This document shows, piece by piece, positions 56,051 to 64,000 of a stretch of 64,000 nucleotides of DNA; positions within the stretch are counted from its first letter, which is position 1, and every line of letters starts with the position of its first letter. Source of the stretch: the human T2T-CHM13v2.0 reference genome, Homo sapiens; assembly GCF_009914755.1 (NCBI RefSeq), contig NC_060928.1. One strand, written 5' to 3'. The position numbers were made by a program, and so were the translations under genes. The notes beneath the pieces were generated by a model. It saw only the letters and a list, made by a program, of their open reading frames with translations. It was not told where the DNA came from and did no database searches.

Positions 56051-56726
56051 TCAAAACAGCAAGAATTTTGCCGAATTGAGCTTCCGGTTTTTAGTCAGAC
56101 GCTGTTTTTATTGTGTGGATGCGGGGGCCTCCCCTGCTTGTTCTTGGCATTGCTGCCACTGCTGTTCCACTTTAGCATCTTGGTTTTTAACATGGAGGGG
56201 AAGTGGTAGGAATCCTTCGGTGCACTCGCTTCCTGTAGTTCACTTGGGCATTTCAGGTAGATATTGGAATGGGCTGGAAGTGGTCTGCAAAACTCCAAGG
56301 CATAGAAGGCCTCCCTGAGATGTTTGCTTACCACTCCAGCCTCATCCGTGCCTTCCTGCTCTAACATCCCTCCCCCACAGTGTTCAGTGATTTTATTTGC
56401 ATTTCTCTCAACCTGCTTTGCTCCATCTTTCTGCCTTTGTAAATGCCGTTCCTGTTATTCTGGCTGTTATTCTTCTCCTCCCCACCCCCATTTCTTTAGC
56501 TCAGGAGCCAACTTTTTCCCTGGCCTGTGCCCCCTTCCCAGTTTGTTAGATACCATTTCAGTGCCCTTTATAGTCCTTATCATAGTCCTTTCCAAAAAGA
56601 CATTGTACTCCACCCACTGTCATGTGTATGATCTCTTTGAAGATGGGGCATTTTCAAAAAATGTTTGTTTTAAATCTCTACCACCTAGCATAGTGCCTCT
56701 TAGTAACAATTTTTTTTCCTGACTAA

Positions 56727-56870
<144 letters not shown>

Positions 56871-57587
56871 TGAGTAGCTGGGATTACAGGCGCGTGCCAC
56901 CATGCCCGGCTAATTTTTTGTATTTTTAGTAGAGATGGAGTTTCACCATGTTGTTCAGGCTGGTCTCGAACTCTTGACCTCGTGATCCACCGCCTCAGCC
57001 TCCCAAAGTGCTGGAATTACAGGTATGAGCCACCACACGTGGCCTGACATTTTCAAGAATTTCATCACGGGTGGTGAGAGTATGAGTGATTCTCCTCAGT
57101 CTGTTGTATGTTTTTCCATTGTAAAGATTTTAGGGAAAATATTAAAAGGTGGCTACTGTGCACAGAAGAGTTTAGAATACCTATTTATTGGATTTTTATA
57201 ATAAAAAAACTTTTTTTTAATAGACACGGGGTCTTGCTATGTTACCTAGGCTTGTCTTGAACTCCTAGGTTCAAGTGATCCTCCCACCTTGGCCTCCCAA
57301 AATGCCGATATTACTGGCGTGAGCCCCTGCACTCAGCCTTATTTATTGTATCTTTATCACATAGTTTTGTAGAGACCTTCTTTACAGGATTGTCATATAC
57401 CAGGCACAAGTTTCCTATTTTCCAATGTGCCCTGTAAATTGTGTTCCCTCTACCAGGGAATGAGAGTGCTCATTTCCCTGCATTCCCACTATCATTGCAT
57501 CATTAAGAAAAAGAGTCATGAAAGCTTCTTGGACTTTTAAAATTAATGCCAAATAAACAAGATAATAGTAAAGGTACTTCCAAATAA

Positions 57588-57926
<339 letters not shown>

Positions 57927-58057
57927 TAATTTTATTATTTTATTTTTGGAGATAAGGTCTTGCTCTGTGGCTGAGTCTGTAGCACAGTGGCCCAACAACT
58001 GCTTATTGTGGCCTCCACCTCCTGGGCTCAGATGATCCTCTTACCTCAGCCTCCTGA

Positions 58058-58423
<366 letters not shown>

Positions 58424-61408
58424 TGAAGTCCTGGGCTTGAGCAATTCACCCGTCTCAGCCTCCCAAAGTGTTGGAATTACAGGCATGAGCCACCGTGCCT
58501 GGCCAGAATGAAGTTTTAAAATTTAAAATTTAGATTTAAAATGAAGTTTTAACAATTTACTAGAAAAATAATGCTTTTTTCGAAATTAGCATATAGTATA
58601 GTCTATAAGGGTGGATTTCACAAACTGAGATATTTAACTCAGTGTATATCTTGTTTCTTAGTTTTTTTTTGATATTTTACTACAGGCAATAAACTGATAA
58701 TTTAGTGTACATAAACATGTTTGGGAGGCAGATGGCATATGTGGAGCTCTAAAAATAACTAAATTCTGGGGGTAGATTTAAAGTTACTTTTCACTTACTT
58801 CTCTTAATTCTTTTATTGCTTTTCTCATGGAGTCTGTTAGAAAGCTATGCCAGGGTTTTTAGTTTCTGATTATTTCAGGATGAAGAGTTTTTTTCTTTTA
58901 GTAACTCTTTCCCCAAAGTATGAGTAAACAGTAGTGTCCAATTGCTAGTGCATGTGAAGAATATGCTTTTATGGCATGCTTGTTATTTTTGAGTATTTAC
59001 AAGTTGAACTATTAAGAGTAATTTATATGTTACAACAACTCAGAACACTCTACCTTTTTTTATTAGTAAAATCAGTAAATACTGTGCATGATTGTATGTG
59101 TGAAACCCTGGTAGCTTAATGAATTTTTTCTTTTTTTAAATGTCAGGTCTGACAACTGTGCTTGCATTTCACTTATTTCAAAAAGAGGAAGAGGGAGGAT
59201 TTTTGCATTTAGTTTTGTGCATTTTTTTCTTTTTTTCCCTCTGATGGTTTTCACTTATTTCTGTTATCCTCTCTTAGTTTAAATGGTCAGAGTCGAAACC
59301 CATTCTAGGTATTGGGGAGCATTGCAACGTCTCAAATAATGTGAAATGTCACTTTTGCAGTTGACTGTATTAGCACTAAAGGGACTTCTTTAAACATTTT
59401 TAATTGTACCTTTCCTTTTTTTTTTTTTTTTTTTTAACACAGCTGTTTCTCTGCCTTGTGTCCCAGGTTTGATTGCATCTGTATATTACTTTCACAGTGG
59501 GCCTTTCCTGACATCACACTGATAACCACTAGCTGCTTTTGTTAGACTTTGTTTAGAGAAATCATGGTTGTCCTGTGCTTGGGTACCATAAGCTCATGCT
59601 TAAAGCATTGGTGATCTGAAAGATCTGTTAGCTTCCCAGACAGAAAGGGGAGAATGAAATTAGCTTTAATGAAATAAATGTTTTGGCTCAGTTGTATAGA
59701 ATAATTCAAGTCTTCTTATGATTTGCAGTTACATTCTGAAAGAATATGTCTAGAACTGTGTATGCCCCTGTAAATCAGGCTCAAAGAGGTAGGACTTAGA
59801 CTTTAGGTGGTGGTAGTTACAAAACTTATAATTTGGGCAAAATCATCGTACTTTTGTGTCTCTTTTTCTTATTCATAAAATAACAGTTTTTATTTGACAA
59901 CATGCAGGCTTTCTTCCTAAACATGTTAGAGAAGATTTATGATTGGCTTGTGGAACTGGTCAGAATGAGATCAGACCTCTGAATAAATAGATTACCTTTA
60001 GTGATTTTTTAGGGTTGGAAAAATTTCTAGTCCAGCCTCTTTGTTTTTAGATGAAATATTTGCTTTGGGTTTTATGATTTTCTGAGGTCACACTTTGTCA
60101 ACTGTATAAATACATTCTGGTGAGACTAATTTTGATTACCAAGAATTCCAAGTGTCTTATTTTAGTTGAATTTTATGACATTAAGACAATTTTCCACCTT
60201 TCAGAGACAGGATGTCACTCTGAGGCTGGAGTGCAGTGGGGCGATGGTAGTTCACTGCAGCCTCGAACTCGTGGGCTCAAGCAATCCTCCCATCTCAGTC
60301 TCCTAAGTAGCTGGGAGTACAGGCACATGCACCATGCCTGGCTAAGTTTTGTTGTTGTTGTTCAGACGTGGTCTTACTGTGTGGCCCAGGTTAGTCTCGA
60401 AGTCCTGGGCTCAAGCAATCCTCCCACTTCGGCCTTCCAAACTAGTGGGATTGTAGGCATGAGGCACTGCACCTGGCTGGTTTTCTGCTCTTTTCGCAGT
60501 TTCTTGTTAAAAATGTACAATATGTAGATATAACTCAAGCCTGTATCTGTGGAGCAGGCCTCTAGTAGCTACCAAGGATAAAGAGATGGTACAGATCTAT
60601 TTAGCTGGTATTAATTATTGAATATCGATTGTATGCCAAGTGGTGCTCTATATTTCTATATATATAATTTAATTTTCAGATTATAAGAGAAATCATATCA
60701 TCCATCATGTAGATTATATGATTTGCAATCAAAATGATTGCAGTCAAGCAATTAAATAGCTTACCTGGAATCACGTAACTAGTACTAGACAGATCAGCAT
60801 TTCCAGTCTAGGTGATCCAACAGCAAAAATCAAGGAATTTTTTTCTTTTTCTTTCTTCTTTTTAACCACATGAAGTAGGTAATGCCTGAGTTAAATAATA
60901 ATAGTAAATGGGTTTTATTGATCTTTGTGCCAGGCATTGCACTAGTATTTTATTTTCTGATTTCTAATCCTTGGGAAAACTCTTGCAGCATGCTGGTCTC
61001 TCCATTTTGTAGATGAGGCAAATAAGGTTCTAGAGAGGCTGGGAAGTAAATCAACTCTCTCACTAAATTGTGGAGTTGCAGTGTGATTCCAGAGCCATAG
61101 GACTCCATCAGTCTGTGTTTTTCCACTGCCCCATGCTGCTTGTTGGTTTTGTAAATTACAACGTGGTACATGTTTCTGGCTTTTGTTTTCCTTAGGGGCC
61201 ATTGGTATATCACATTGATTGAATGTAGCAGTGTTTCTAATGTGGATGTTTTTGAAACAATTTTGGTAATAGCACTAAGGATGATAGCAGTAGCAGCTAC
61301 CAGCTAGCTAATTAGGATGCCATTAGAATGAAAAGTCTCCATTTGTATAGATGGTTTTGACTTATCTATAGTATACTGTAAGAACGCTGGGTCATATATC
61401 TATATTAT

Positions 61409-61782
61409 TGTATTAGTCTGTTCTCATACTGCTGTGAACAAATACCAGAGACTGGGTAATTTATAAAGAAAAGAGGTTCAACTGACTCCCAATTCCACAG
61501 GCTGTGTAGGAGGCATGGCTGGGGAGGCCTCAGGAAACTTAACAATCATGGCAGAAGGGGGAAAGGGAAGCAAGCACTTCTTCACATGGTGACAGGAGAG
61601 AGAGAGAACAAAGGGGCAAGTGTTAAGCACTTTTAAACCACCAGATCTCAGGAGAACAAAATCACTGTCACAAGAACAGCAAGCGGGAAGTCCATCCCCA
61701 TGATCCAATTACCTCCCACCACGCCCCTCCTCCAACACTAAGACATGAGATTTGGGTAGGGACACAAAACCAAACCATATCA
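61409..61782 (-). mobile_element. MSTA-like solo LTR with 5-bp TSD
   Basis: tgtattagtctgttctc...aaaccatatca; ATTAT at 61404-61408 and 61783-61787. Confidence 0.88.
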
Positions 61783-61962
61783 ATTATATAGTATATTTAG
61801 GTTTTAAAAACAGAGCAGTTTACTAACATTTCTATACATAATCCATTTTATTACCATGTTTTGATTAAGCATTCAAACTAGTTTTAATTAGGCTTTCAAA
61901 CTTAAAAAACTTTATTTTTGTCAGTGTTCTTCATGTACGTAGTTTAATTTAGAGTCAAATAG

Positions 61963-62279
<317 letters not shown>

Positions 62280-62558
62280 TGAGCCACTGTGCCTGGCCAA
62301 TTATTGAATCCTTATTGTGGAGGAAAAGGTTTCACCCCTCTCTTACCACATAGGGCTGGGTGCAGTGGCTCACGCCTGTAATCCCAACACTTTCTGAGGC
62401 CGAGGCAGGTGGAGCACTTGAGGCCAGGAGTTCAAGACCAGCCTGGTCAACATGGCAAAGATCTTGTCTCTACAAAGAAGAAAAAAAGTTTTGCAAATAC
62501 CACATACATACTTCTCATTCTGCAACTTATTTTATTTATTTATTTATTTTTGAGGTGA

Positions 62559-62771
<213 letters not shown>

Positions 62772-62904
62772 TGATTCACCTGCCTCAGCCTCCCAAAGTG
62801 CTGGAATTACAGGCATGAGCCACTGTGCCCGGCCCCATTCTGCCAACTTTTCAATATATATTATGTAAACACTGTGGACAGTTGAGCCAAGTACTGGAAT
62901 ATAA

Positions 62905-63083
<179 letters not shown>

Positions 63084-64000
63084 TAATAGAGACAGGGTTT
63101 CACCATGTTGGCCAGGCTGGTCTCGAACTCCTAACCTCAAGTGATTTGCCTGTCTCAGCATGCCAAAGTGTTGGGATTACAGGTGTGAGCCACCCCACCC
63201 AGCCTGGAATATAATTTTATTTTTCCTCTTATGCATAACTTGATGCTGTCTCCGTAATTGTTTTGTTTAATTTCATATGTATTCATTAGTCTTTTATCCT
63301 CAAATACTCCCCCAGTTAACCTTCACACATATTTAAATTCTTTTCTTATAATTAAAAAAATTATTTTTAATTTTTAAGATTAATTATTATTATTATATGT
63401 ATATTTTTAGAGACAGGGTCTCTCTCTGTTGCCGAGGCTAGAATATGGCAGATCATAGCTGTAGCCTCCCACTTCTGGGCTCAAATGATCCTTCTGCCTA
63501 GCTGGGACTACAGGTGCAGTGCATGCCAGTATGCCCGACTAATGTTTTAAATTTTTTTGTAGAGATGAGGGCTTGCTATGTTGCCCAGATATAAGGAGTT
63601 TAAAATTGTATTAGTCTTGTTCAGCCTTCAGAAGAAATGCTAGGCCTCTGACCAACAAATGACCCTATGTGGGCTACAGCCTACATGGAGATTAAACACC
63701 CACCAGTCCTGAAAAACTTCAGATAAGAAAGGGAGTATACCGTGGAACTTCTCAAACCTAGGGAATCTGGGCAATTCTCTAGGTTTCATACCATCCGAAG
63801 ACACACAAAGTAAAAAATTAAGCATTATGAATTAAACCTTTAGAGCTGCATATTTGCACGTAGCTGATAATTTCAGTTAGCGGCTTGGCAACATAAACTG
63901 GGACCCTCTGATTGCTCTCTGAAGTCTCGCCTGTGGAGTAAGCACACATTGCCTGGAACTCATTTCAGTTGGAACTCCAGATGGCTGTTCTAGGACTTCC

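Noticed and set aside
63600-64000. Unique-looking sequence as possible exon or pseudogene
   Set aside because: No recognisable protein in the ORF track and no convincing splice-site pair

Overview
Primate (human-like) genomic DNA, very Alu-rich (about 85 Alu copies or fragments counted by eye), with MaLR LTRs, L1 3' fragments and MIR/L2 relics. The only recognisable gene is the 5' end of MOB1B (Hippo-pathway MOB kinase activator 1B) on the + strand. It has a CpG-island promoter (~30.5-31.4 kb) and a first exon whose 14 coding nt (ATGAGCTTCTTGTT, M-S-F-L-F) end at a phase-2 GTGAGT donor. The remaining 33 kb appear to be intron 1 and the first 30 kb are intergenic. Intron 1 holds a ~8 kb MER4-group (MER61-like) ERV remnant on the - strand. 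It has one LTR, an env relic, an embedded MER41-like segment and a twin-primed, 5'-inverted L1PA2/3-like insertion. Almost all ORFs in the supplied track are Alu/L1 artefacts. Best leads: (1) a candidate upstream coding first exon (30534-30619) with a Kozak ATG, no stop and a strong donor in the same phase as the canonical exon 1, which would give an N-terminally altered MOB1B; (2) a non-retrotransposed local copy of 44 bp of unique DNA plus an Alu from 9.7 kb into 3.0 kb; (3) an older L1MA piece inside a younger THE1 LTR, probably an ancient L1 3' transduction; (4) several micro-templated repair scars inside Alus. No new multi-gene system is evident. Repeat subfamily names come from recalled consensus sequences and need RepeatMasker/Dfam confirmation.
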